This document shows positions 1 through 12,846 of a DNA stretch of 64,000 bases, one piece after another. The translations under genes were made by a program, and so were the position numbers. Numbering within the stretch: the first letter of the stretch is position 1; each line of letters opens with the position of its first letter. The notes below the pieces were generated by a model. The model had not been told where the DNA came from, did no database searches, and worked only from the letters and a program-made list of their open reading frames with translations. Source of the DNA: Massalongia carnosa (Eukaryota); NCBI GenBank assembly GCA_965645245.1, contig OZ287078.1:1736001-1800000 (forward strand), in the 5' to 3' direction.

Positions 1-910
1 GCCTTTCGTGGGCTGACGCGGGCGCCCCGCCGCCATGTCCCCAGGACTGCGCTTAGGCGCTCTACCACTCCCTATGAGGGTATCATCAGAGGTGGGTGGG
101 GGGGGTGTTGGTGGCGAGATGGCTGTTGATGTGGGATATCGCGAAATAGTGGGTTGCTCAAAGGTGCTTTGTTGGAAGATCATAGCTTGTATTAGTTACC
201 CTTCGGTATCGATGTATGTACACACCTTGTATCAATATCTAGAAATAAAGCAATAAATTCTGTACAAACCCGTTCTGCTCCCCTCCAATCTCGAAACTTC
301 TCCAAGAATATTCCCCGATCCAGGTCGGTCGGTCTCACTTGGACGACTCGCCGAACTGGAGCAAAAACAACAAAGCATCCGACACAGTAAAACGGCACAT
401 ATCCAGTTGAACTCCGTACCCATAACAAGCCAAGCTTCGTGGTTTTAGTTAGGCTTTGCAAATCCTTCACTCGTTTAGAATCGTTGTCTGTACTAATCAG
501 CTAAAGAGTGCTCGCTCGATCACTCCAAGGGCTGAATATCTCTCTATCTACCTAACTGCCTGAGTAAGGGCCTATCAGCCTATCAGGCGCGTCTTGAATT
601 GTCCTCTTTTGGCTCCATATAGATAGATACATATATACCTGTCTCTCTCTCTCTCTCTCTCTCGCTCTATCTGCCATCCAACTAACTTAATTATGCGAAC
701 ATGCGCAATAGTCGAAAGGAGGGGGGGGGGGAGAGGAGATAGAGTCTTATTCGAAGGAAAGGAAAGAGAAGAAGAGTTTGATTAGAGTGGGGTGGTGTAT
801 GCTCACCCAAATACCTGGAAGAGGGTGGGGGGGAGATGAAGGAGAACTTGTCATTGCGCGAGAGAAAATGCGAGAAAGCACGACGAAAGAGAAACGAATA
901 AGAAAGGAAA

Positions 911-1029
911 TGTTGGAATACTCGCTTAGCCCCATTAGTTCTAGCTCAGCCCTGCAGGCTGCCATGACTGCTATAAGCAGTCACCTCCGTAGTAATTTCA
1001 ACATTATGCCGTCAACTGTTTATTTAACA
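911..1029 (+). mobile_element. Solo LTR (119 bp) of the miniature LTR element at 42202-43092
   Basis: TG...CA termini; 5-bp TSD GGAAA at 906-910 and 1030-1034; sequence matches 42202-42320 and 42974-43092. Confidence 0.93.
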
Positions 1030-1518
1030 GGAAACACGCTAGAAATAGATTTATCCCGTCCGGCGCTAGTATCGGGGCTGTGTACGGAGTACCTATCTGC
1101 CAGGTATGTAAAGGCAGGCGGGACGGGGATGGGATTTATGTTTGTGTCCAGGGTTTCTTCTTGGAGGGAAGGAGGGGAGGTGAATTGAAAGGAAAAGAAA
1201 GGAAAAGAAAGGCTAGACATGGCAAGACATGAAAGAAGCAAAAAAGGGGAGGAATAGGGGAGAGGGGAAGTGGGAGGAAGGAGGAAGGGAGGAACAATGA
1301 AGATTGGTGATATGTCAAATTGATGGTCTATAGAAGTTCCCTGTATTTAGTTTGAGAAATCTAGATCTAGGCGGCGGACGAATTCTTTGCTATGAATTGG
1401 ATAAAGAAAAGCGTGCTTTATCACTCCGATCCAGAACCAGGCGCCAAACGTAGATAGATACCACAACAGAGTACAGAGTTCGGGCGCTCAGAGATAAGGC
1501 GGTGAGATGCTAGTCTAC

Positions 1519-3825
1519 CTACTGCGTAGCGCTCCCTTCTCGGTTCGCCTCCCTCAAGCACTCCATCACAGGGACATAGAGCCTGCCGCTCCTGATGGAC
1601 TGGTAAACGGCCGTCATCAATGAACTCACGGTCGGCGTCTCGATGGTTTCCCCATGCCTGGGCTGCACGCCGTTGGGCGTCGATTCATCGGCGAGCTCGG
1701 GCTCCGGCGTCCGGATCGTGTTTTCCTGCAGGAACGGAACCTGCAGCCGGCCGCGCACGAACCGGTACATGCGGCGCGAGGCGGGTCCGAGCAGCGATGA
1801 CGCGTCTGCGTGGGCGATGTAGTGGTCGCGGTTGAGACGGTATTCCTCAAGCGCTAGGAACGCGAGATGCATTCTCCATGCTTTCAAGGCCGTGAGCGTT
1901 TCCGCCGACGACGGCGCGAACGCAAGGATTGTGGATTGCAGCAAATCGATGATGGAGACAAACCGTTTTTCAGAGTCCATGCCGGTGGTTTGGTCAATGT
2001 GTTTTTTAAAGGCCACCCACACGGCCGCCTCACATTGCTTGAGCCATTCCTTGTCTTCAACGAGACCTTCAAAAGCCTTACGGGTTTCCTCCATCAGAAT
2101 GGGACGGAAGGCCTCGAGGAATTGGATATTCATGGCCCGCAGATCCAAAGCTTGACATAGAGCAATCAGGTGGATCGCCGAAATCTGAGCTAGCACATCG
2201 AGTGCGTCAAGTGTGTATCGAGCCGAAATCAGCGCAAGGGAATTCAACGCCTGGTTGCCCATCTCGGCTGTTTGAACATGGGTTCCCACTGGATTCGCAA
2301 GAAAGCCGAGTTCGGATTGCAGAGCGGCAACCATGATGTCGGTTCCTTTCCAGATGTAAGATTCACTCGGCTCGTCCACGACTAAATTTGGTGGAAGCCC
2401 GCGGTTTGTCGTCGGGTTGATGAGCTCGGTACACTGTACCGAAAGCATACGACCAATTGTTTGGCAGCCTTGACGGGTTTTCTCCATGGCAGACGTGAGT
2501 GCTTTGGCTTGGAAGTTGCCCCCATGCAGCATCTTATTACGCTCCGTGTCAACGAGCGGGTTGTCTGTGACAGAGTTTGCTTCAATGATCACTTGTTGAT
2601 GGGCGAGAAGCAAATCTTCGAGAACTGGCCCGACCCATTGCGATGCTGTGCGAATGGAATACCTATCTTGCCGTAGAGAGGCCTCCTCCGAGCCGTCGCT
2701 TCGATGCACCAACTTGGACTCCGCCAAGAAAGCATAAATATTGCGTGCCGACTCCTCTTGGCCGGGATGTGGACGGACCTTTGCGAAGAAGGGATCGAAA
2801 CTCTCATCTGTCCCCAACAAGGCTTCTACACTCATCGCTGTCAAGATTTGCGAAAGTACAGCTAGACAATGTGCCTCGTGCATGGCCAAAGCTGCCACTC
2901 CTCCTGATATGGCTGTGCCGTTCACAATGGCAAGGCCTTCTTTGGCACCTAGTTTAATAGGCGTGATATTGGCTTCAGCAAGAGCCACATCAGCTCTCAC
3001 AATACGTCGCTTCCCTGTTAATCTATCGCCAGCCCATGCCGTCAACGTCGGTTTTCCCTGCATCAGGCCACCAATATAGGATAATGGACTCAGGTCTCCC
3101 GACGCCGAGATGCTTCCGCGGATTGGAATTCGAGGGGTAATGTCATGCTCTAGGAGTTTGATAAGGGCATCCACAGTGGATAGCTGCACCCCTGATGCAC
3201 CGCTAGAAAGCGAGTTCAAACGGATCAACATGGACGCTCGAGCCCATGACTCTGGCATACAAGTGGCGGCTACAGGATCATCAAGCGGTAGAGAAGTAGC
3301 AACCACAGACGTGATATCATCAACATCGTCGGCTCGTATCTTATGCCATTGTCCTTCGGGTTGCGCGAGCATCCCGTAATGAAGACCTCGCGTCAGAAGT
3401 CGCTGAAGTTCATCGACTGCTTTTGTACGTGTGTTTGCGCTGCCTCCAAACCCCGTGTTGACGCCTTTGAGTTCATTTTCTCAGTATCAAATCCCGACAT
3501 CAAAAATACCCGCCTTTCAGGGCTTTTCACTAACCATAAATGATTTCCCCTTTCTCCAAGCTATCCCGAACGGCTTGAGCACTCTCAGCTACAGGTTTTA
3601 TTGCCGTTTCCCCTAGCCGTACCACAGCGCCATGCCTTGGTAACCGTCAAGCCATGAAAACTCAAAGCCAAAGGGTTTTACTCACCTGGCTACTGCCACC
3701 ACTGAGGCAAGATCGAGGCTGAGCCCATCAACGAAGATCTCGTCGCTTTTGGTCTGAACTTTCCTGGTGAAGGAGTCCCAGTGCGTCAACAAGGTTTGAT
3801 TGTAGGATTGACTGAATGACACCAT
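1519..3825 (-). CDS. Aromatic amino-acid ammonia-lyase (PAL/TAL family, MIO-dependent), 3 exons, about 728 aa
   Basis: Exons 3686-3825, 3535-3635, 1519-3464 with GT-AG introns; motifs VDGLSLDLASVVAVAR, YGVNTGFGGSA, GSISASGDLSPLSY (MIO-forming ASG), KEGLAIVNGT, QDRYSIR, HGGNFQ. Confidence 0.95.
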
Positions 3826-4566
3826 ATTGAATATTGCTATGTTTTCTCCCTTTGCAAATATGAAGAAGATGAAGGTTGGCGTCCCCGCCGGTTATTAAAT
3901 AAGCTTCCCAGTTCTATTGCCCAAATCTTACCGTCAGCCCATTCTTTCTATCGATCCACATCAGTCCTATACTGCATAGTAGCATACAGCATTTTGCGCC
4001 GTAAAAGGACGTAGAGTTTTGGAAGTGATGCATGCAGGAAGGGGGCCAGACTGAGAGCGAGCATCCTACCGGAACGAAGATATAAATAAATGAACGCTTT
4101 TTCATTCGCATCTCCATTCCCTTCTGGCTCTTCCCGACCTGCGGCCCGAGTCTCCCTTACGCATCCTTTCAAAGAGAGTCGCATGGGTGTAAAGTGGTTT
4201 TATTTTTATTTCCACAAACAGGTTCTTACCTGATGAAATCTAGGTCAGCGTGGTACACCGGCTGTGGACTGCTCCCGTCAAAGCTAAGGTTATCCGACCC
4301 GTACCGAGACTGATACCATACAACTCTCAAGCCAAGATTACCCGACATTCTTATTGCTTTCCTTACCGTACCGTACTGTATCAGCAAACATAGCGCTTAT
4401 GTTGCATGCAGTGAACCAACTTTGATCTGCCTGACGGCGTAGAGAGGTTCTAGAGCCCATGTCTGTACAATTAATTCTTATTTCTTGTTCGACTTCATCC
4501 TAGAAATGAATTTGTGCAAATACTATCGTACGATAATCTTAGCGCCATTGCTGGTCGACTCCTACC

Positions 4567-5989
4567 ATGCTAACCCCATTGTTCCAGATTACGGAGCACG
4601 TAATTCCATGCCAGCACATAAGAGAATACCCTCATGCCGTCAAGTCCGAGAATGCTATTCTCCAGCTAGCGATTAAAGAATATCGACCTCTCAATAATCT
4701 TGATGCCTCGCCGGGCTCGGTTACCATTATAGGAACGCACGCAAATGGCTTTCCAAAGGTGAGAGTAACGTAGATCTTCTGTTGACAATACTTATCGGCT
4801 TCGTCAGGAAACCTATGAACCTTTGTGGAATGACCTCTGCCAGGCTCTCGGGTTCAAAATTAGAGCAATCTGGATTGCGGATAGCTCTCATCAAGGAGCC
4901 AGCGGGGTTATAAATGAGAATCTACAAGGCGATGACCGTGAGTAAGCACTCGAGGAAGTGGCTCGCAGGCATTATCACTAAATGAAGTTTGCTATTCAGC
5001 GTCCTGGTTTGATCATTCTCGAGATCTACTTCACATGATTAACCACTTTTGGGAGCGCATGCCACGGCCCATTATCGGTATTGGTCATAGTATGGGTGCA
5101 GCACAACTGTATGACGCAATCGCTTGACCAGGCCATCAGCTCACTAAATTGACTATAACTCAGTGTGCAGCTAGCTTTGATTCATCCGCGGCTCTTCTAC
5201 GGCCTTGCTCTGATCGAGCCCGTTATCCAACGCAGTTCTCCTTCCAAAATGAACCCTGCTCTCTTAACAAGCCATCGATCCGACCTGTGGCCATCGCGAA
5301 GCAATGCCAAAGCATCGTTTAGCAAGCATCCATTCTTCCAAGCCTGGGACCCTCGCGTGTTGGACAAGTATGTGCAATACGGCTTGCGCAATACTCCTAC
5401 TGCACTCTATCCTGCAAAAGCTACTCTAGGATCTGTTACCCTCACAACCACGAAACACCAAGAGGCATGGTCATATGTGCGCTCAAATTTTGTTCCACTA
5501 CCCATCGAACCAAACGACCCGCTAGAGCGAATGATATCGCCAGATCTTGATCCGATCAATGAAGGAACGTACCAATTTCACCGCGCAGAACCTATTCTTG
5601 CATTACAGGGTTTACCCCACGTTCGACCCAGCATCTTATGGATGTTTGGTGCACGAAGCAACATCAATACTCCCGCTTTACAAGCTCAGAAGATGGCGCT
5701 TTCAGGGACAGGTGTAGGAGGTAGTGGAGGAGTCGACGCGGCCAAAGTGGAAAAGGCTGTCTTCAACGATGCGACGCATATGATGCCGTTTGAAAAGGTA
5801 GAGATGTGTGCACGGGTCCTCGCCGATTGGCTAGAAAAACAAATGTCTGGTTTCACAGCTGAGGAGGCATTCTACCGAGAATTCGCGAGCGAAAAATCCA
5901 AACCAGGAAAGCTGGCAATTTCAGATAAATGGCTAAATTGTGTGCGGCAGAAAGCGGATGTCAGAAGACACACCAAAGAAAACCTGTAG
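4567..5989 (+). CDS. Alpha/beta-hydrolase (fungal MpaH/Lpx1-like family), 4 exons, about 418 aa
   Basis: Exons 4567-4758, 4808-4937, 5000-5108, 5164-5989; EHVIPCQHIREYP, HANGFPKETYEPLW, nucleophile elbow GHSMG, late HMMPFE (candidate catalytic His). Confidence 0.88.
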
Positions 5990-6922
5990 ATCCGAGCAGC
6001 CGTTGAACACGGCAACATGTTAGCCCGTTGTACCTTCCGGCTATGTTACAATAGATGATAAAGCTGGGGATTCAACAGCCTTGAACCACTACACCAATCG
6101 ATTCTATACTCGTGTATTCGGTCTTATTTGACAAGGGTGAGTAAGACATGTATCTAGAAAGCCTTGAATATCATCCCATCCCTTAAAACGAACCTCGGCA
6201 TAATTAACGTGCATCTGCCGGATGCGGAAACCGCGTTTATCAAACGCGGTGACACGGCTCAACAGATTCCCGACGGAGCCTTAAATCTACCCGAAGCCAC
6301 CAGAAACGCGGTCATTTCGGAGTAGAATTTAGGCTTATCGCTGACCATCACGTCATGATTGGGCAGGTAGGTACGCAACGGTTCCGACAGGCATTCTTTA
6401 CGTCCGGTATGCATGTCATCATCCTAGTTATCTAGGCCTTGTTTGTCTCCTGAGCAGCCCTGAGGGAGTACTCTGTAGGTATCCAACACGAACTGTTGGA
6501 TGAGACAGCTACCATAGTTTATTAATAAACCATGCACGGAGCTTTCTCACCGTTCATCACCCCCGATCACCCGAACCTAATTTTACTGCCGCCGACTTCA
6601 CACAGCCGGGCAATCCGTGTGTGACGTATAGGTCATATCTATGTATTCATCAATCATAACTCAGAAAACCGTTCGGCCTGGTGAAACTTTATGTGAGGGA
6701 AGCCTCGAGATGACCGGTTGTCTGCATATACCCGGCGCGTCTTCCCCCCTCCCTCGAAAAAAACATCTAGACAGCCACCGTGCCATATTTGCCATATCCT
6801 TGCAGTCCCAACTAAATTCCAACTTGCTAGCAGCGTTGAGGCTTGTCCAAAGTCCTTTGAGGGTTTACTAGTAATTTGGAACTGCCATTCGCTGCTGAGT
6901 TGTACTATCAACGGAACAGAAA

Positions 6923-8391
6923 ATGGCGTCTGATGATCCCCCGCAAATCCGTCTACAAAATTTGCTGAGACTCGAAGAGAGTCATGCATCAGATGTTGTT
7001 CCCTTAGCACCACAAAAAGCTATACCAAAACCCCCGCCCGACGGAGGCTTCACGGCCTGGATACAATGCGCGAGTGCGTTTTTTCTCTTCTTCAACTCAT
7101 GGGGCATTGTTAACACATTCGGTACGTGTTCATGGTTCACAACGGTTCTAAAGCCTAACGATTTTCCAGGTGTATACCAAACTTTCTATCAACAGGATAT
7201 TCTTCGTGCCGAGTCGTCGTCTAACATCTCGTGGATCGGTTCGATTCAGGCCGGCCTACTCATGATTGGGGGTATTGCCGCAGGCCCCTTATACGACTAT
7301 GGGTATATGAAAGCACTGGTGCTTGCAGGGAGCTTTTTGGTAGTCTTTGGCATGATGATGACAAGCATCTGCACAAAGTATTGGCAGATCATACTTGCAC
7401 AGGGAATAATCGTTGGAATCGGCAATGGGCTCCTCTTTGTGCCAAGCATAGCTTTGTTGCCTACATACTTTACAGCACGGAGAGCCTTGGCAATGGGCAT
7501 TGCAGCGGCGGGGAGTAGTATTGGTAAGTCGGATCCTTGCGTAGAAGGTGATAATGCATGCTAATAGCTGGTTCCAAGGCGGAGTGGTATATCCCATCAT
7601 CTTCCACGAACTTCAGCCGCGAATTGGGTTTGGCTGGGCAACCCGTGTGATTGCGTTCATCATGTTAGCAACTCAACTCCTTCCTATCGCGGGCATGAGA
7701 ATGCGCATCAAACCATCAGCAGCTCGACGGCTATTTGACATTGTAGCTTGGAAGGACCCAGCATATGTTGCCTTCGCCTTAGCATCATTTCTTGGCTTCC
7801 TCGGGCTATACATTCCGTTCTTCTATGTTCAACTATACAGTATCGAGAAACACATTATGAAGCCAGATTTGGCCTTTTATCTGGTTCCTGTGCTTAATGC
7901 TGGTTCTTTCTTTGGACGGCTGGTAAGTCTTTCTATGAATATCCAGACCAAAGCAACGGTCGCTAACCAAATCCACTTATCAGATACCAAATTACATTGC
8001 TGACAAAACGGGTCCACTTAATACCATGACTTCTTGCTCTCTAGTTGCCACCATCGTTGCATTCGTCTGGATCGGGATCGATTCAACCGCAGGGGTCTTT
8101 ATTTTCTGCACGCTTTACGGCTTTTTCTCCGGTTCGTTTGTTTCTCTATCCGCAACTGTCGTGGCTTCAGCGCTGTGTCCTCACTTGGGTTTGCTTGGTG
8201 TTCGTATGGGAATGCTTTTCCTTCCTACAGCCGTGGGTCTGTTTATTGGAAATCCAATTGCGGGAGCAATCCTTAAAACCAACTGGGTTGGCCTTCAGGT
8301 TTTCTGTGGAGCTACCGTAGGGTTGTCAACGGCGTCCATGTTTGTGGCAAGGTTCATCAAAGTCGGGGCAGGGGTTCGGGCCAAGTGTTAG
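6923..8391 (+). CDS. MFS transporter, monocarboxylate-porter (Mch/MCT) family, 4 exons
   Basis: Exons about 6923-7121, 7170-7523, 7579-7922, 7984-8391; PPDGGFTAW, SWIGSIQ, GPLYDYG, YFTARRALAMGIAAAGSSIGGVVYP; many hydrophobic helices. Confidence 0.92.
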
Positions 8392-10585
8392 TCAAGGAAA
8401 CGAATATCACGCGCGGTTTTGATGATAGAATGCATCATTAAGGGTAGAGTTATAGCCTAGACTACAATCAATATTAGTTCAAATATATTCACATCGGATG
8501 TTAGCGTCTAATACACCTTGTAAATACAAGCCATCGAAATATTTCGTGGAATTATCAACTGACCATGTTTATCGGGCGAATCGAATACTTTTCGAGCCTA
8601 TGCCACAACATTACAAAAATAACCTAAAGAGCTCACATCTTTTAACCTTGATACCTTATGAAGGCAACTCTGTGGTAACCCATAACCTGTACTATCACCC
8701 ATGCATTTTGAGACATGAACAGGTTAGAGCATAATGATCCCACGCCAGCAAGCAGGGTCTTCCTGCCCCCTCCCCTAAAAAGCAAACGAGTAATACCGCC
8801 AGAAAACCAGGCAACGTAAGAGCGTCGCAAAAGCAAGGCGTAAGGCTAAGCCATATGGCACCAGCACGCAATGAAGGATCAGCAGAGAGAGGCTTTGACC
8901 CAGGGGATGGAATCCACTCCACGAGGCCGCTGGGTGATACAAAAAAACCCAATCGGTTACAATCTCACCCTAACCCAGCCCCCACTTGTTATCGTCACCT
9001 CACCCCATCAGCAACACAACGACTATCCTCTTCGCCAAGCGCGCGCCTTCCTGACGTGAGCGGAAGCAGACTCGCTGATGGAGCTGAGCTGACTTTTCCA
9101 GGAAGGGCTTTCCCATCCGCACGCCGATAAGGCTCAACTTTGGTCCTTCGTTCATGCTCCGACTCCCTAGGAGTCAGAGGATGATCGTAGAAATTGGGGG
9201 TTTTGGAGAGCCTATTCTGGTTCACAGGTGATAATTCGTAGCGACTCGTAAACGCGGAGGAGTGGAAGGAGCGATTAGGCCTGTGTTGCGTTTCGTACGC
9301 CGTAAGCTTGCGTTTGGGGCGAAAGCTTGTTTTGATTGCATCCTCGAGCCCAATGTTCGATATTCCGGTATTGATGATACACGAAGTGATACGTTACGTG
9401 TATTTTAATCCTCTAAGCTTGGACCTTGAGTGATCAAACATCATCCACATTGAAAACAAGAAAAAGAAACCTAGGTTGATCGAACCTCGATGTTTAAACT
9501 TCTGATTTGCTGATAGGCATCATTAACCCCAAAGAGCGGTCCATGAAACCTGCATCATCCCTCTCGTTCAATGTTCCCGTCCATGCCGCATCAACATAGC
9601 CTGAATCGTTACATCGCGCTCAGCAGCCAGCCATTTTACTACTATACGAGCAAGGCTATTCTAAAGTCGGTAGATTAATAGGATCATCAAGAATGTCTCG
9701 GATGAGTCAATATTTTCTATTTTGACATCTCATTGCGTTTAGATACCTTGGATAGAGTTTCAGTCAGAGTACATCTCTACTACTGGAGGAATATCATCGA
9801 CTTCTCCAACGATGATGATAACGAGCTACACTCGTGGCCACTAACTATTAGCTGCAGATGTGCTATAAGCCATGTTCAAGGCGTCTGTGTTAGGGTTGCC
9901 AACGAACATATCGTATAACGGTGTCCGCGTACCTACTAGGAAGTCCGAATAAGGATTTTTCGATTTAGCGTTGGACAACCTGATTGTCATAGAGCTAAAG
10001 CCCACTGTTTGCATGGAACCACTAATTTTTTAGCATATTTCATTTATCAGTTGGTTCTACCCAAGGCGTAAAACTCTTGCGGTGTAAGACCATCACTAAT
10101 CACCCACTCACTGCTGTCTTGAAAACTCTATTACGAGCCTAAATTTATCAAGCTGAAAATCAGGGTAACTTCATTGGGATTGAATCAAGAAGAGTTTGAT
10201 GACCTTCGTGAATTGAGAACGGAGCAAGAAGCCTGATGGGATCATTTCTTTTTCTCTCGGGAAAGTGGGTATCCATGAGGACGAAGTCGAACAGATCATA
10301 CTCGCTTGCAATAGACAGAAATTTAGCTAGACATGGCAATGAAACACCGAACTACAGTGCTAGGATGCTACGCCTCCGGCCGCTGAGAGGCAAACTTTCT
10401 AAGGTCTAAAGATTGACTTCGATCTTCGGAGTCGAAGGATGGGGCCTCTTTGCTTTTATTAATACTCTATCGAAAGGAGTTTTTCTGTTCCCAAGCTCTT
10501 ATGTTTTCCCATTGAATATTTTCTCTCTCTTCTTGTTTCTTGATTTCAAATTCATACTCTTTACAACGAAATTTCGACAGCTAAG

Positions 10586-12014
10586 ATGGCGCTATCACTA
10601 CTCAGATTCGTAAAATTCCCTCAGCTACTCAACAGGCAAACACCTACCCATGCGCACCCTCACATGGCGTTGCTGAAACAACAAGGAGCCAATTCGATAG
10701 CGCAGGAGCTTGTGGTTTGGCGATGGATCAGCACAATATCATTTATCAAGAACTCGGATGCTCAGCACTGGTGGAGTACAGTTGGCTATGCACTTGCAGT
10801 TCTATTACATCAAGCAGATTATGATGTCGAGTCTCAGTACCGTCATCTAATATTCTTCGCCTTTGTTATCACCCCAGAACTCGGAGCTGCTCCTAATACG
10901 CAGCTCTCAAATCACCATTGGAAAAGTTTCATGACCGATGATAACACGCCCGTTGAGCTCAGCTGGGATTGGGGTGTTGAAGGGGATCTTCCTACCGTCC
11001 GATACTCTATTGAGCCCATTGGATCAGACGCTGGAACTCCCAGTGATCCATTTAACCAATTTGCGGGCCCTCAATTCGTTCGACAACTCAGTAAGGCGCT
11101 TCCGGGCACTGATCTAGAATGGTTTGAGCACTTTTCCAAGGAGTTCCTGATATTCGCCAATCAAAGTGGTTCAGCTGCTGAAAAGCATGAGTCAAGATTC
11201 TTCGCCGCGTTTGATCTTCACCAAAACGACATTATCCTCAAGGCTTACTTTTTCCCGGCCTTCAAAGCTATCGAGACTGGGAAATCCAGACTGACAGTCA
11301 TCTCCGAAGCGTTTACCCGGCTGCCCAATTATCGCGCAATAGACTATCAGGCCTTTCGTCTTCTCCAAGACTACATTGAATCGCCTCCCACGGACGCTGC
11401 GATGGAGGTAGAGATGCTCGCGATTGACTGCGTGCGCCCGGTGGAGTCTCGGTTTAAGATTTACACTCGATCCCGATCCACCAGCTTTGATTCGGTAAAA
11501 CTGATCATGACCTTAGCCGGAAAGATAAGAACTCCGGAGATGTCCAAGGGACTTGATGAGCTTAGGATTCTGTGGGAATTCCTGTTTGGGCTCGATCGCG
11601 CTTCTAGCGAAGAATTGCCGCACACGGGACACCGCACGGCGGGGATCTTGTACAATTTTGAGCTCAGACCCGGTACAGCTTTACCGGTTCCCAAAATTTA
11701 CATCCCTGTGCGCCATTATGCCGCGAACGACGACTACGTTATCGACAGACTCCAGACCTACCTCTTGAGGTGCCGAGGCCGCCCTGAGCTTATGGAGAAA
11801 TACCATGAAGCCATAACGGCCCTCTTGTAAGTTGACCATGGCATTCTTCATTTCCTCGTGGAAATCTAACAAGCACCGAAAATCTAGTTCTCCCCGCTTC
11901 CTGCAAGATAACGCCGGCGTGCAGACCTATCTTGGTTGCGCTATCAAGGACGGGTCGCTAAGGCTTGTCTCGTATATTAACCCACAAGTATGTAAATTGT
12001 CGCATGTTGGTTGA
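10586..12014 (+). CDS. DMATS-superfamily aromatic prenyltransferase (SirD/TyrPT/7-DMATS-like); start may be ATG 10664
   Basis: WKSFMTDDNTPVELSWDW, VRYSIEPIG, LKAYFFP, SRFKIY, PKIYIPVRHY; intron 11827-11887, then GVQTYLGC...SYINP. Confidence 0.92.
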
Positions 12015-12846
12015 ACTTAGGCTTTCCGAGTGGTGTTTTTTCATTGGCTGGCAGGCGGAGAATTTGATGGTTCATAGATTCAGAGTAGTACGATGTCATC
12101 TCCCATAAGCGTTAGAAGCAAAGAAATTTAGAGTATTAGATAGAGCAGGAAATTGAAATCTCGACTGAATCCCATTCTACTTCTTGAGGCCTGATTTTCA
12201 TGCCCAGACTATACGATCTGAGCTGAAAAGGAATATTCCCTCATCTGGCAACTACGTAAGCCCTAAGTATACGAAGTAGAGTTTTCAGGAACTTTACTCG
12301 GTATCTCGCGTACTCGCCGACGGGCCCTGATGATTCCATCTTCGCATACCGAGTATTGAGTGCAACAGTCAGACTGTGTGATCAGGGCAAGACGCATAAC
12401 TGCAGCATAGGGTGTCCGTCAATCCTGGATCGGCCGGAGGTGCGTACACCAACCAGGTCCTCCGAACTTTGCTGGATTTTCGGGTAACTCCTTTAACTTT
12501 TGATTACCCCGTACTGTATTGGTAATTATATACGGCCGCGGAAAGATTACGTTACGGGTTGGGGTAGGGGAATGAATTGTCACCCTCCGTTTTTAAGAGC
12601 TGAATGCTGTGAGAATCCCACGCTGAAAGGAGGATATGGATGGATGGCTGAATGGATAATATATAAAAATGGTCATTTTCCTCGTTGCTGGGAAATTTCA
12701 GAGGTTGTGCATCACATTTTCCCGCATTCCTACAACTTGCCACCAACAGTCAATTTCCCTAAAGTACCTGTTGACTTTGCAGTAAGTCGCGTATCATCAC
12801 ACGCCCCCAACAGCTCTAGTTTTCTCTTCGCCGTCTTCTATCCGTC

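Noticed and set aside
1..36. Possible minus-strand gene start (ATG at 36) running off the window
   Set aside because: Only 12 codons are visible, with no recognisable motif.
643..663. (CT)n microsatellite (also near 14824) and poly-G runs
   Set aside because: Ordinary simple repeats.
778..1188. ORFs sharing MLEYSLSPISSSSALQAAM... (also at 41841-42377 and 42973-43185)
   Set aside because: The shared peptide is just translation through the 119-bp LTR, not a gene family.
8450..10500. 2-kb gap inside the cluster with short ORFs
   Set aside because: No protein motif, TIR/TSD or RNA gene could be identified.
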